This document shows positions 29,096 through 39,699 of a stretch of DNA of 64,000 nt, in pieces (within the stretch, counting starts at the first letter, position 1; every line of letters begins with the position of its first letter). Source of the stretch: an uncultured archaeon (GTDB lineage Archaea > Thermoplasmatota > Penumbrarchaeia > JASLWR01); the NCBI GenBank assembly GCA_964430885.1, contig CAYSHM010000006.1, forward strand, positions 64,001 through 128,000, in the 5' to 3' direction. Under the pieces are notes generated by a model that saw only the letters and a list, made by a program, of their open reading frames with translations, was not told where the DNA came from and did no database searches. Both the position numbers and the translations under genes were made by a program.

Positions 29096-29311
29096 ATGCA
29101 TATACAAAAACAGACCAAGTATTTGGATACACCTAACAGCAAATACTTAAAGGTGAAATGTCACGACTGCATGAACGAGCAGGTAATATTCAACAAGGCC
29201 AGTAATGTTGTGAAATGTTTGGTTTGCGGGGCTACTTTAGCAGAACCCACCGGCGGAATGGCCAAGGTAAAGAGTAAGATATTGGCCGTTGTTGACAGAA
29301 AGTACAGATGA
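29096..29311 (+). CDS. rps27e: 30S ribosomal protein S27e
   Basis: [20 protein letters not shown]...[16 protein letters not shown], in the conserved archaeal gene order. Confidence 0.96.
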   Translation: MHIQKQTKYLDTPNSKYLKVKCHDCMNEQVIFNKASNVVKCLVCGATLAEPTGGMAKVKSKILAVVDRKYR

Positions 29312-29325
29312 AGGTAGAGATTTAT

Positions 29326-30099
29326 ATGGCAAACCGATTCGAATGGCCTTTGGAAGATGAACTGGTTGTATGTACCGTAAAAAGGGTTCTTGATTATGGT
29401 GCTTTTGTTACCCTGGATGAATATCAGGATAAAGAAGGCTTCATCCATATTGCTGAGATCGCTTCCGGTTGGGTCAAATATATCGGCAACCATATTAGAG
29501 AAAAGGCCAAGGTTGTTACCAAGGTCCTTCGTGTGGATCCTCGAAGGGAGCATATAGATCTCTCCTTGAAGAGGGTCAATGACCACCAGAAGAGGGCAAA
29601 GATACAGGAGTGGAGAAGAAATACCAAGATGCTGAAGCTCTTCGAACTTCTCTCAAAAAGAATAGAGAAAGAGCTGAAATTGTGTTATAGAGAGTTTGGT
29701 TTCTCACTGATGGAGAAATACGGCTCCCTTTATAACTCCTTTGAAGCGGTATCTATCAATAACAATGTCCTTGAAGAGGACGGTTTCCAGGGAGACTGGG
29801 TGGAGCATTTTGTTGATATTGCACGGACCAATATAACTCCCCCCTATGTATCCATTTCAGAGAAAATATACCTATTCTCTCCTGCTCCCAATGGAGTGGA
29901 ACATGTTAAGGAAGCTATAGGTTCGGTGATCAAAAATTCCGAGGAAAACGTCAAGATCACCTATGTAGGGGCGCCGGAATACCGGATCTCCGTCATCGCC
30001 CGCGATTATAAAAATGCGGAATCAGTAATGGCTAATACTGCAGGAGATGTTATTGATAAGATAACATCAACGGGCGGTTATGGTTCATTCGATAGATAA
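29326..30099 (+). CDS. eif2a: Translation initiation factor 2 alpha subunit (aIF2alpha)
   Basis: S1 domain ELVVCTVKRVLDYGAFVTLDEY...EGFIHIAEIASGWVK...IDLSLKRV and YVGAPEYRI. The start could alternatively be 29308. Confidence 0.95.
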   Translation: MANRFEWPLEDELVVCTVKRVLDYGAFVTLDEYQDKEGFIHIAEIASGWVKYIGNHIREKAKVVTKVLRVDPRREHIDLSLKRVNDHQKRAKIQEWRRNTKMLKLFELLSKRIEKELKLCYREFGFSLMEKYGSLYNSFEAVSINNNVLEEDGFQGDWVEHFVDIARTNITPPYVSISEKIYLFSPAPNGVEHVKEAIGSVIKNSEENVKITYVGAPEYRISVIARDYKNAESVMANTAGDVIDKITSTGGYGSFDR

Positions 30100-30125
30100 A
30101 TAATTTTTTCAAGAGGGCATGGATC

Positions 30126-30305
30126 ATGAAGCATTTTTTATTCAAGTGTTCAGAATGTTCAGTCTATACTATGGACCAACAATGCCCAGAATGCGGTAAT
30201 ACAGCTTGGGCTGTGGAACCCCCTCGTTTTTCACCACAGGACCGTTGGGGGAAATACCGCAGAAAGTTATTACTTAACTTGGAGAATGATGAGAATGATG
30301 GATAG
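30126..30305 (+). CDS. nop10: H/ACA RNP protein Nop10 (not in ORF track, 59 aa)
   Basis: Manual translation MKHFLFKCSECSVYTMDQQCPECGNTAWAVEPPRFSPQDRWGKYRRKLL..., at the canonical position after aIF2alpha. Confidence 0.93.
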   Translation: MKHFLFKCSECSVYTMDQQCPECGNTAWAVEPPRFSPQDRWGKYRRKLLLNLENDENDG

Positions 30306-31062
30306 TGTGATCTTCCAAAAGGAAAATGTTCCCGATTGCCAGAATGCGGTATTGATAGAGGGATTACCGGGAATAGGACGGGTAGGTCAGATAGCAGCAG
30401 ATTATTTGGTGGAAAAATTGAATTCGGAAAAATTTATCACAATTTATTCACCCTTCTTTCCTCCTCAGGTTATGGTTGATGATGAGGGTCTGGTTCATCC
30501 CATGATTCAGGAAATGCATCACTGCATCACTAAATCAGGACGTCATTTACTGTTCTTAACCGGAGACTATCAGGGTTTGACTGGCGAAGCCCAGTATGCT
30601 CTCAGTCATGAAGTATTGAAACTCGCAAGCTCCATGGATGTGAAAGAGATCATAACTCTAGGTGGTTACGGTGTTAGAAAGATACTTGAAGAACCCAGGG
30701 TACTCGGTGCTGCCACTTCAAATGAAATTGTCTCCAAAATGGAGGAATTTCAGGTTGTGTTCAAAAGCGAACACCCCACGGGCGGTATTGTAGGAGCATC
30801 CGGTATATTGCTTGGATTGGCTCCGCTGTTTGATCTTGAAGGGGTTTGCCTAATGGGTGAGACCCATGGTGCCTATCCAGATCATATTGCTGCAAAGATG
30901 ATATTGAAGGTGCTGGATGCATATCTGGATCTGGATCTTGTTTATGATGATCTGGATGAACCCTCTCCCGCCCTGGAGGCCCTGAAGGCCCAGATAAAGG
31001 AAATGGATCAGGAAGCAGAAAAAGGTTACAAGGAAGAACAAGAACTGAACTATTTTGTATGA
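30286..31062 (+). CDS. PAC2-family proteasome assembly chaperone-like protein
   Basis: IEGLPGIGRVG, FPPQV, IITLGGY, GIVGASG and CLMGET motifs, in conserved synteny after nop10. Confidence 0.9.
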   Translation: MMRMMDSVIFQKENVPDCQNAVLIEGLPGIGRVGQIAADYLVEKLNSEKFITIYSPFFPPQVMVDDEGLVHPMIQEMHHCITKSGRHLLFLTGDYQGLTGEAQYALSHEVLKLASSMDVKEIITLGGYGVRKILEEPRVLGAATSNEIVSKMEEFQVVFKSEHPTGGIVGASGILLGLAPLFDLEGVCLMGETHGAYPDHIAAKMILKVLDAYLDLDLVYDDLDEPSPALEALKAQIKEMDQEAEKGYKEEQELNYFV

Positions 31063-31228
31063 TTTACCTTGATCTTTTATGAATTACCGATGATCTCTCA
31101 CCGGACTCTATTTCTTTCTTTCCAGCAGCTCTCTTTCTGAAAAGGATTCCAAAAATATTATTAGATGTAAGTTCGATGTAGTGTAGCATAGTAATTTTTT
31201 CAAGCTGCATAAGTATGTACATAGGGTT

Positions 31229-34200
31229 ATGGGAGTTCATCATATGGCCGCAACTTTTTCAGGTAAGAAAGGTATCTATTCAGTTATTTTAATAATTATT
31301 ATTATTTTATGTGGTTACTCAGGTTTTATCCCATTGGTGTTGAGGAATGAAGACCAATTTATATGTTCCTTATTGCCGTCCGATCCAAATTCTGAGGACA
31401 ATGATGAGATTATAGATGGCAATATTGATAATGATATAATTACAAGAGGGAAAGGTTGGTTCTACCAAATGATCGACTTTCGGGACGAATCGGGTTTGGG
31501 GCAATCACCTTCTGCCAGATTTGACTCCATAGGGAATCTTCATGTAGGGTACGAGGATAGAGAAGCGGACCGCTTGAAATATACTTACTGGAACGGAAAC
31601 CAATGGGATATCCAAGTAATTGCCGGTTCAGATCCGGGGGATCCCATTGATACGGAAGGGCGTCCTTATATGGTGCTTGATGATATTGATAGTCCCCATT
31701 TTGCCTATATTGATGATGATGAACACCTCAAGCACACTTACTGGGACAACGACCATTGGGCCCATGAAATTGTGGATGGCATTTCCCAGTGCAAGGGTTA
31801 TACTCCTCTGGTAATAGATGGGAACGGCAGTATTCATGTGACGTATTATGATTCTATTATTACTGCCTTGAAGTATGCCTATTTCGATGGTAATTTCTGG
31901 AATGCCACCGTTGTGGATTCATTCGGAGACGTGGGTGAGTATTGTTCAATAGCCGTGGATTCGGAGAACAATCCCCATATTAGCTATTTTAATGATTCGG
32001 CGGACGATCTTAAATATGCAACCTTTAACGGAATGTCCTGGAGCAACCAAACAGTTGATTCCACGGGTTTTGTAGGCCAATACACATCTATAGCAATCGG
32101 GACTGATCAGCACCCTAGGATCAGTTACAGAGACGTGACCAACCGATTTCTGAAATTTGCGTTCTTCTTCAACGGGAACTGGACCATCGAATCCGCAGAT
32201 TCAACACCCCAGGATGTTGGAAAGGACTGCAGTCTTTTTCTGGATTCATCGGATAATCCTCATATTTCATATTTTGATGATTCCTGGAATGACCTGAGGT
32301 ATGTTCATCATGACGGTGAGCAGTGGAACATGGGGATAATAGATTCCGATTCAACAGCTGGAGACTACACCTGTATTGCTCTAAATGGGACTGACAGTCC
32401 TCACATTTTTTATCATAGGGAAAATGACGGCGAGCATACCTTGGAATATGCAAATCTGATAGAGGAGTACAGCAACCCTTTCCTAATTTCAGATGAGACT
32501 GCCGAGTATGGTACTACAGGTGAAAAGCTCCAGTTCAATATAAGCGCGGGCGATAATTTTGCAGTTAAGAATGTTAAGGTGAATTGGGAACACAACGGAA
32601 CCAGCGAGAACCTTTCCCTTGTTGAGGGTAATTCATTTTGGATTGGAGAGGCCGAAATAGAGCACGATTTGGCTACTCTAAACTATACTATCTACATAGA
32701 GGATTACTGTCAGAACCATTACAATAGCCATCAGTTCAGAGTAAATATCAGTGATGATGACCTTCCGGTGATTATTGGTGATTCAAGTCCGAATTTCGGA
32801 ACTACTGGTGATATTTTTAGATTTAATATAACTGCCTATGATAATATTGGACTGGATACTATAAAAGTCAACTGGACCCATGGGAATCTGGCTGGAAATA
32901 CTACATTGACCGAATCCATAGATGGCTATTGGAATTCCAGTATAATACTTGATCATAACCTTAGCGATATGAACTATACTATCTTCATAAATGATACATC
33001 AAACAACAGCATAACAGTGCCGGGGGTACCAGTGAATATTTCAGATGATGATCTTCCGGTTCTCATAGAAGACATGTCCCCTCTATCAGGAACAACAGGT
33101 GATGATTTCCTTATACAATTGTCACTGGATGATAATATAGGTGTTGAAGGTGCATTCGTGAACTGGAGTCACGGCGGTTTAGATGATAATATCTCCTTGG
33201 TGCTGCAAAGGGGTCGATGGACCAGGACAATACAGCTGGACCATAACCTTTCTGATTTGCAGTACTATGTATTCTTCAATGATACCTCTGGTAACAGCAA
33301 TGCAACCCCGGTTCTCAATATAGAAGTTCACGACAATGACCTTCCCTATCTGGATGACATAAGCCCTGACAATGGCACCACAGGGGATCCGTTCGAGTTC
33401 AGAATCACTACTGGAGACAATATAGATGTCGGAAGTGTTAATATATCCTGGGAACATGGGAATCTGAGCGGTAATGCTCCTCTTGCTGAGGAAGGCCCCA
33501 ACCTTTGGATGGGCACCATCTTTCTCGACCATTCCATTGAACATCTATCCTATTATGTGCAGGTAAATGATACCGCAGGCAACAGTGTCAATCATCAGGG
33601 GCCAATGGTCCATGTAATGGATAACGATGATCCTTTTATTCAGAATGATAATTCCAGCGGCACAGGATCCACCGGTGATAATTACACGTTTTTGATACAG
33701 CCTTTGGATGATGTTTGGGTCAGCAGTGTGCTTGTCGACTGGAATCACGGTGAGGCCGATGGCAGGCTAGAACTGATCAAGAACAATACTGGATTCTGGG
33801 AGGGCATTGTTTCTCTAGTTGATGATATTGGTGATCTGGAATATACAGTACAGATAAACGATAGTTCGGGAAATTATCACATTAGTTCCAAGCGTTTCAT
33901 TATGATATTGGATAATGATATTCCTATGATTAGGGAGAACAACTGTCCGAATTTCGGGACCACTGGCGATGAATATATTTTCAGTATGGAACCATGGGAT
34001 AATATCGAGGTTGATAGTGTCAATGTGAGTTTTAATCATGGTCCGATGGATGAAAACATTGAGCTAGAAAAAGGACTTGGTGATTCCTGGTCTGCTAAGA
34101 TTTACATGGCTCATTCTCTATCGAATCTCGAATATTCCTTTCAGGTAAATGATACTTCAGGTAATTTTTATCGAAATGAATTGACAAATGTCCAAGTATT

Positions 34201-35836
34201 CGATAACGATGACCCCCAATTCATATCCAATCTTACCCTTGGGACCTCAACAACCGGGGGAAATATCATATTCAAAATCAATGCCAAGGACAATATTGGG
34301 ATACAGAGCGTGAAAGTGCAGTACAGTTATGGTGAGCCCTGGGCCGAATTCACCTACTTGATTCCATATGTAGGCAATTTCACCTATGAAAAGACCATTG
34401 TGACATATGATACCATTGATCCCCTGTTTTACCGATTCATTATTGAAGATAGCAATGGTAACTCTTTCACCACTGATTATTCACCCATACTGATATCGGA
34501 TAATGACGATCCGGTTATTATACATGATGATACCCCCCGGCGGGTATCTCTGCTGGAATTCCTGAATTTCCAAGTCAATACGGTAGATAATGTGGGGCTG
34601 GACAATGTCAAGGTGTATTTTGGATACGGAGTAAATGTAAACCTTACAATTCTGGAACTGACTTCAAACGAGCAGATGGAAGAAAATTATACCGGTATTC
34701 TAGTCCTGGACATCAATGCAACAGCTGATCTTCTATATTTTATCCGGGCAGTTGATACAAGCGGCAACCAAGCAACTACAAAAATGAAAATGATCAATAT
34801 ATCTGAACTCCATGAGGATTTTGACGGCGATGGAATAATAGATTTTAGGGATGAAGATGATGACAACGATACCATCCCGGATGACTGGGAGATCAATTTC
34901 GGTCTTAACCCTTACAACCGATCTGACAGTTCAAATGACATGGAAGGAGACGGACTTATGAACCTCTATGAATACCAGAATGGTTTGAATCCGACCTCCA
35001 ACGATACAGATAATGACGGAATGCCTGACGGTTGGGAGGTCATAAACAATTTGGATCCCTTGAAGAACGATGCGAATCTCGATCCAGATCGGGATAATCT
35101 GCCGAATACTGACGAATACCGAATTGGAAGTGATCCCCGAAATCATGATTCAGACGGTGATTACTGGACAGATGGTGATGAGGTTACAAGAGGCTCTGAT
35201 CCCCTTGATATCAATTCTTTCCCTTCGGATCCGGGAGATGATGGAATACTCTTTAATCTGTTTGGAATTGGTATAGATATAAAGGATATATTGGGTATTA
35301 CCGCGTCCCTGCTTTCCTTCCTTCTAGCATATCTACTGTTAACCAGAAGAAGACGAAAGTATCAGCATTATGTTTTGAAAATTGCCGAGATCAATGATCT
35401 TGATAAGCTGGTTGAATATTATCGGGTGGAAATATTAACTGCCATCAAGAATGAGCAGATCACACCTCATCATGCAGTAATAATCAAAGAGGATTATACC
35501 AAACGCAGGGAAGAATTACAGGATATGGATAATTCCGGGGACGGATCGAGAGAGGAAATCGCACATTCTTCAATTTCAAAAGAAGATGATGAACAGGATT
35601 CCGAAAGTGATGAAGCAGGTTTTTCAGCCCCAGTCCTTGACGAAGATCAACACCCGGAACAGAATGACCATGATGTCGATGAAATTCTAACCGATTCAGA
35701 AAAATCAGCCGATGATTTTGAGACCAGTCCTGATGATGATGAAGATGATGTTGATTTTGAGATCGATACTTCCTTTGATGAAGACGACAATGTAATAACT
35801 CCGGCTGATCTTTTTGAGGATAACTTCGATATGTAG
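31229..35836 (+). CDS. Large surface protein: beta-propeller, about seven Ig-like repeats, Ca-binding TSP3-like repeats, TM, acidic cytoplasmic tail
   Basis: SIAVDSENNPHISY-type repeats, repeated GTTGD.F.F...DN...VNW.HG...NDTSGN units, and DFDGDG/DTDNDGMPDGWE repeats. Confidence 0.75.
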   Translation: MGVHHMAATFSGKKGIYSVILIIIIILCGYSGFIPLVLRNEDQFICSLLPSDPNSEDNDEIIDGNIDNDIITRGKGWFYQMIDFRDESGLGQSPSARFDSIGNLHVGYEDREADRLKYTYWNGNQWDIQVIAGSDPGDPIDTEGRPYMVLDDIDSPHFAYIDDDEHLKHTYWDNDHWAHEIVDGISQCKGYTPLVIDGNGSIHVTYYDSIITALKYAYFDGNFWNATVVDSFGDVGEYCSIAVDSENNPHISYFNDSADDLKYATFNGMSWSNQTVDSTGFVGQYTSIAIGTDQHPRISYRDVTNRFLKFAFFFNGNWTIESADSTPQDVGKDCSLFLDSSDNPHISYFDDSWNDLRYVHHDGEQWNMGIIDSDSTAGDYTCIALNGTDSPHIFYHRENDGEHTLEYANLIEEYSNPFLISDETAEYGTTGEKLQFNISAGDNFAVKNVKVNWEHNGTSENLSLVEGNSFWIGEAEIEHDLATLNYTIYIEDYCQNHYNSHQFRVNISDDDLPVIIGDSSPNFGTTGDIFRFNITAYDNIGLDTIKVNWTHGNLAGNTTLTESIDGYWNSSIILDHNLSDMNYTIFINDTSNNSITVPGVPVNISDDDLPVLIEDMSPLSGTTGDDFLIQLSLDDNIGVEGAFVNWSHGGLDDNISLVLQRGRWTRTIQLDHNLSDLQYYVFFNDTSGNSNATPVLNIEVHDNDLPYLDDISPDNGTTGDPFEFRITTGDNIDVGSVNISWEHGNLSGNAPLAEEGPNLWMGTIFLDHSIEHLSYYVQVNDTAGNSVNHQGPMVHVMDNDDPFIQNDNSSGTGSTGDNYTFLIQPLDDVWVSSVLVDWNHGEADGRLELIKNNTGFWEGIVSLVDDIGDLEYTVQINDSSGNYHISSKRFIMILDNDIPMIRENNCPNFGTTGDEYIFSMEPWDNIEVDSVNVSFNHGPMDENIELEKGLGDSWSAKIYMAHSLSNLEYSFQVNDTSGNFYRNELTNVQVFDNDDPQFISNLTLGTSTTGGNIIFKINAKDNIGIQSVKVQYSYGEPWAEFTYLIPYVGNFTYEKTIVTYDTIDPLFYRFIIEDSNGNSFTTDYSPILISDNDDPVIIHDDTPRRVSLLEFLNFQVNTVDNVGLDNVKVYFGYGVNVNLTILELTSNEQMEENYTGILVLDINATADLLYFIRAVDTSGNQATTKMKMINISELHEDFDGDGIIDFRDEDDDNDTIPDDWEINFGLNPYNRSDSSNDMEGDGLMNLYEYQNGLNPTSNDTDNDGMPDGWEVINNLDPLKNDANLDPDRDNLPNTDEYRIGSDPRNHDSDGDYWTDGDEVTRGSDPLDINSFPSDPGDDGILFNLFGIGIDIKDILGITASLLSFLLAYLLLTRRRRKYQHYVLKIAEINDLDKLVEYYRVEILTAIKNEQITPHHAVIIKEDYTKRREELQDMDNSGDGSREEIAHSSISKEDDEQDSESDEAGFSAPVLDEDQHPEQNDHDVDEILTDSEKSADDFETSPDDDEDDVDFEIDTSFDEDDNVITPADLFEDNFDM

Positions 35837-35912
35837 AAAATGGGGGAAAATGAAAACTTGATGAGAATATGATGGTAAATTCAATATTTATTACCATTTT
35901 TATGTTCAATGG

Positions 35913-36833
35913 GTGTTAAATTTGGATGGGACAGTCTCTAAAGAGTTCAGGAAGGATATCGTGAACAGTTATTCAGGTCTAGAGGAATTGCCGCGCTTTC
36001 CGATTCTAGATAATCATTTGCATCTGGACCCCTCAGGTTGCGCCCCCCGAGTATTGAAGGATTTTGTTGATTTTGGAGGTACCCATATTGTAGTGGTTCA
36101 CAAACCCTATCGGCAGAGACCCATTTTAAAAAAGGATGATTTCAATAAGAGCTTTGATATTACTGTAGGTCTTGCAGATAACATAGAGAACGATACTCCC
36201 CTCTCAGTAATCAAAATGATAGGTCCTTATCCGGTGAACCTTATTCATCTGGAAAAAAAACACGGACTTGAAAAAGCTGAGGATATAATGATCCAAGGTA
36301 TGGAATTGGCTGGCAAGTATGTCGAAGAAGGGAAGGCTCAGGGCATAGGGGAGATAGGTCGGCCTCATTTTGATGTGCATCCCGAAATAATCGATGCATC
36401 CAACCGAATACTAGAGCATGGCCTTTCAATTGCCAGTGATCTGGAGTGTCCGGTTCATCTTCATACAGAGTCGGGGAATTCCGAACTTTTTCTGGAGATA
36501 TCATATATGGCAAAAAGAGCCGGTTGTGATCTGGACAAGGTTGTGAAGCATTTCTCGGGACCAATGGTGGATCTTATTGAAAACCATGGTCTTTTTCCAT
36601 CCGTTCTAGCAAGCAGCAGAAATGTGAAAACCGCAGTTGTCAAGAATACTAGATTTGTAATGGAAACAGATTATATGGATGATCCCAAAAGACCTGGGGC
36701 CGTGATGGTTCCCAAGACCATACCTAAAAGGACATTTGAATTGATATCCAAAGGTCTTTTGGATGAAAAGGGAGTATATGATATTCATTCATATTGGCCA
36801 GGCCGGATCTACAACATGGATTTTGATCTGTAG
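35913..36833 (+). CDS. TatD-family metal-dependent hydrolase (archaeal type)
   Basis: DNHLH, GIGEIGRPH, HLHTE, KHFS and ETDYMDDPKRPGAV motifs. Confidence 0.88.
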   Translation: MLNLDGTVSKEFRKDIVNSYSGLEELPRFPILDNHLHLDPSGCAPRVLKDFVDFGGTHIVVVHKPYRQRPILKKDDFNKSFDITVGLADNIENDTPLSVIKMIGPYPVNLIHLEKKHGLEKAEDIMIQGMELAGKYVEEGKAQGIGEIGRPHFDVHPEIIDASNRILEHGLSIASDLECPVHLHTESGNSELFLEISYMAKRAGCDLDKVVKHFSGPMVDLIENHGLFPSVLASSRNVKTAVVKNTRFVMETDYMDDPKRPGAVMVPKTIPKRTFELISKGLLDEKGVYDIHSYWPGRIYNMDFDL

Positions 36834-36885
36834 TAATAATGGGCTGATATTGATCAATAGGATGTATGCTAGGCCCCTCTAAATC

Positions 36886-37836
36886 TCATTTTTTCTTCTT
36901 GCCCTTCTTATTTTCCTCGCCTAAATTGAGTTTGCCAGTATTTAGAAGTATTTTGAGGTCTTCAAGTCCCATCTTTTCGCTGTTATCAAGCTTCTTCTTG
37001 GCCACTGCTATCTTTTCTCTCTTGGAAAGCCTGATCCTGTCCCCCTTGAACCTGCTTTTCTTTCTCTTCAGATAAGAATGATCCTTTCGAATACGGTCCT
37101 TGGCCATTTTCACTGCCTGGGTAGTGAGGTTCAGATCATTCACCTCTCTTTTGAGATCCTCAATCTTTTTCTTGATGTCGTCAATGTTCTTGCTGACATT
37201 GTTCTTCTCCTTGAACTTGGCAATGGATTCAAAATGTGCATCCTGTGAGGTTTTTTTAATCTCATTTATTTCTTGAAGAATCGTATTCTTTTTCTTCTCG
37301 TTTTCCTTGAGCTGGTGATAGTTTTCTGTGATTTTCTGATGTTTCTCATCCGCTATTGCGGATATTTGTGTTCTCTTTCTTAGATCTATGAACATCGAAT
37401 AAATGCGTATCTCTTCCTTGAGGCTAATCTCTCTGGTCAATAAGGTCTTGAACTGCTCAATTAGTGAATTCTCAAGATAACCCAGGGTTCCTCTGGCTTC
37501 TTTGTTGAATTCGTTTCTTTCGCCCTTGAGTTCCTTTATATTTTCCGCATGTTTATCCATGTTCTTCTGGTATTTCTTGAAATCGTTCCACATTGGTTTG
37601 AGTTTTGTCTGAAGTGCATCCCTCTTTTTCTGGAGCTCCTTCCCTTCCTTTATCAGTTTTTTAACCAGTGCGATCTGTTCCCCTTTCTTCTTGTAGAGTT
37701 CATCTATCTCATTTCTTTTCCGGTCTATTAACGTTATTGTATCACTAAGCTTTTTTTCCTTGGATTGGGAGAGCTTCTCCTTGCTTTGTATAGCTTTATC
37801 AAGTTCTTCCTTTGTCTCGAATATTTCCTGCGGCAT
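36886..37836 (-). CDS. Archaeal coiled-coil protein (COG1340-like)
   Basis: All-helical Lys/Glu heptads with a C-terminal EKMGLEDLKIL motif. ATG at 37836 follows a GGGGGGAG SD. Confidence 0.65.
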   Translation of the reverse strand: MPQEIFETKEELDKAIQSKEKLSQSKEKKLSDTITLIDRKRNEIDELYKKKGEQIALVKKLIKEGKELQKKRDALQTKLKPMWNDFKKYQKNMDKHAENIKELKGERNEFNKEARGTLGYLENSLIEQFKTLLTREISLKEEIRIYSMFIDLRKRTQISAIADEKHQKITENYHQLKENEKKKNTILQEINEIKKTSQDAHFESIAKFKEKNNVSKNIDDIKKKIEDLKREVNDLNLTTQAVKMAKDRIRKDHSYLKRKKSRFKGDRIRLSKREKIAVAKKKLDNSEKMGLEDLKILLNTGKLNLGEENKKGKKKK

Positions 37837-37837
37837 A

Positions 37838-38944
37838 TTACTCCCCCCTATCTTCTGCTTTTTCGGGTGTTCCGTTTCCCTTTTTATCTTCCCCAGTTTC
37901 CTTCGGATCATTTTTTTCTTCAGGTTCTTCGATTAATTCGAACTCAATAATACTGCTCTGTTCTTCAAGTTTTTTGTCATCTGTTTCCTTTTGATCCTTA
38001 TCCGTTTTCTTTTCATCTTCCTTGGTCTTGATCACCTTTTCCGGACGATCGGCGGACACTTCATTTATTTTTTCTTTGTTCTCAATAGAGGCACCCTGTG
38101 GTTCGGAAGTTTCTTGTTTTTCCTTAATTTCCTTTTCCACACCCGCTACATTTTCCGCCATTTTTCTCTTGGTCTCACCTTTAACCACAATAGGTTTGTC
38201 ATTTTTTGTTTTTATTTCCTTCTCTTTATAAACCGGTATTTCCCTGTTTGTCCAATATTCCAACGCTTCATCGTGCTTTATTATCCATCTCTTCATCCTT
38301 TCCAGTTCCCAGTTGTTTGTATTGAATTCCTTTTTAATTTTAACAAGTTCTTCATGATGGACGTTTCCTTCCTTGACAAGTTCAAGCATGGTACCATGAA
38401 CCTTTTCCTTATCCACCATTGTTTGGAGGATCTCCTTTTCAAGCCGGGATATTTCATCCTCCCTTTCCTTATCCTTTTCAATACGTCTGTTGATCTTGTT
38501 GATCTGGGCATAACACAGTTTTGCCTCTTCCATTAACCGCCTTTCGGTTTCAAGGTCGATACCTTCAGTCTCCAGTTTCCAATCTACATCTCTCAGTTGG
38601 GATTGGTACATTCTCATTCGTTTGCTGTCATCGGATGATAATTTGGATTCATTTATCAGGGTCAGATAACGGTCTTTGTTTTCCTTGATTTTCCTGAAAA
38701 GAGAGGTACGTATTTCCTTCTTCTCCTGAACCATTTTATTATAATTATCCCTCTCTTTTTGGATAGTCTTGATCTTATCCTCAAGTCCGGGCAGGGTCTT
38801 TTCCAGTTCCAGGATTTTATCCTTGTAAGTACTAGCAAAAGTATCATGTTTCTGAATAACTAAGGATATCAACCGCTCCTCAGTTATGGTCTTCAAGTCT
38901 TCATTCTGGATGATTCCCTCTGCATTCTGTATTATTTCCTTCAA
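37838..38944 (-). CDS. Archaeal coiled-coil protein, paralogue of the downstream gene, with low-complexity tail
   Basis: Heptad repeats including DWKLETEGIDLETERRLME. A TTG start near 38944 after AGAGGGA is preferred over track start 38995. Confidence 0.6.
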   Translation of the reverse strand: MKEIIQNAEGIIQNEDLKTITEERLISLVIQKHDTFASTYKDKILELEKTLPGLEDKIKTIQKERDNYNKMVQEKKEIRTSLFRKIKENKDRYLTLINESKLSSDDSKRMRMYQSQLRDVDWKLETEGIDLETERRLMEEAKLCYAQINKINRRIEKDKEREDEISRLEKEILQTMVDKEKVHGTMLELVKEGNVHHEELVKIKKEFNTNNWELERMKRWIIKHDEALEYWTNREIPVYKEKEIKTKNDKPIVVKGETKRKMAENVAGVEKEIKEKQETSEPQGASIENKEKINEVSADRPEKVIKTKEDEKKTDKDQKETDDKKLEEQSSIIEFELIEEPEEKNDPKETGEDKKGNGTPEKAEDRGE

Positions 38945-39135
38945 AATAATCCCTCTAAAATTAAAAATATATTGGTTGTAAAAAGATTTCAACAAAAACC
39001 ATTATTGCAACATTTTATGGATAATAAAAGAAAGAAGGGGAGCCACGTTCCCCTTCCATGCATTTTTATTTTTCAATTACCGGATTGTTAGTTTGTTGTT
39101 TTTCAAAAAATGTTTGTTTCAAGTTTCATCCTTGA

Positions 39136-39699
39136 TTATCTAAGACGTCCTCTGGCACCGCAGTTAGAGCAGGTGATTTCAATGGGTCTCTCATCAGAGG
39201 TAACTGTGATATTACTTCCGCACTTGGGACACTTGATCTTTGTTGCCTCCTTCTTCTCCTCTTCCTCTTCCTCTTCCTCTTCTTCTTCGCCCCATTGTTC
39301 TTCAGTTTCCTCTTCTTCCTCTTCCTCTTCCTCTTCTTCTACCTCTTCTTCCTCCTCCACTTCCTCTTCCTCTTCCACTTCCTCTTCCACTTTTTCTTCT
39401 ACTGGTTTGGATCCCCTGGAACTAAGATAATCGGAAAGTGCTGCACGAACTACATCACCAACGGAAACTTTTTCCTCACTCATTACTTTATTAACGCCCA
39501 TAACTATCTTCTCAGGTATAACAACATGGATCTCCTCTGCGCCGTCCAATTCCTCTTCCAGATTTTCCAGAGCTCCAGCCATTGTGCTGATCCTCATGTC
39601 GCCATTTGCCATTTTGTCCTGAATTCGGGCTACTATTTCTTCCTTGGTGAGCCATTCTCCTGATACCTGTATTGTACCTTCATCAAGATTGATTTTCAT
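39136..39699 (-). CDS. Hypothetical protein with RHH/CopG-like segment, poly-Glu linker and C-terminal Zn ribbon
   Basis: IHVVIPEK...VGDVVRAALSDYL, a ~45-aa Glu-rich tract, and CPKCG...CSNCG. Confidence 0.6.
   Translation of the reverse strand: MKINLDEGTIQVSGEWLTKEEIVARIQDKMANGDMRISTMAGALENLEEELDGAEEIHVVIPEKIVMGVNKVMSEEKVSVGDVVRAALSDYLSSRGSKPVEEKVEEEVEEEEEVEEEEEVEEEEEEEEEEETEEQWGEEEEEEEEEEEKKEATKIKCPKCGSNITVTSDERPIEITCSNCGARGRLR

Noticed and set aside
35913-36833. TatD hydrolase as part of a DNA-degradation pathway feeding the BMC
   Set aside because: It is a widespread archaeal housekeeping-type gene 11 kb away, with no evidence of linkage.
37991-38536. 181-aa Phe-rich plus-strand ORF resembling a membrane protein
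   Set aside because: It is the antisense shadow of a Lys/Glu-rich coiled-coil gene.
39110-39663. Plus-strand ORFs rich in Ser, Pro/Leu or Phe (39110, 39240, 39295)
   Set aside because: They are antisense shadows of the poly-Glu tract in the minus-strand gene.
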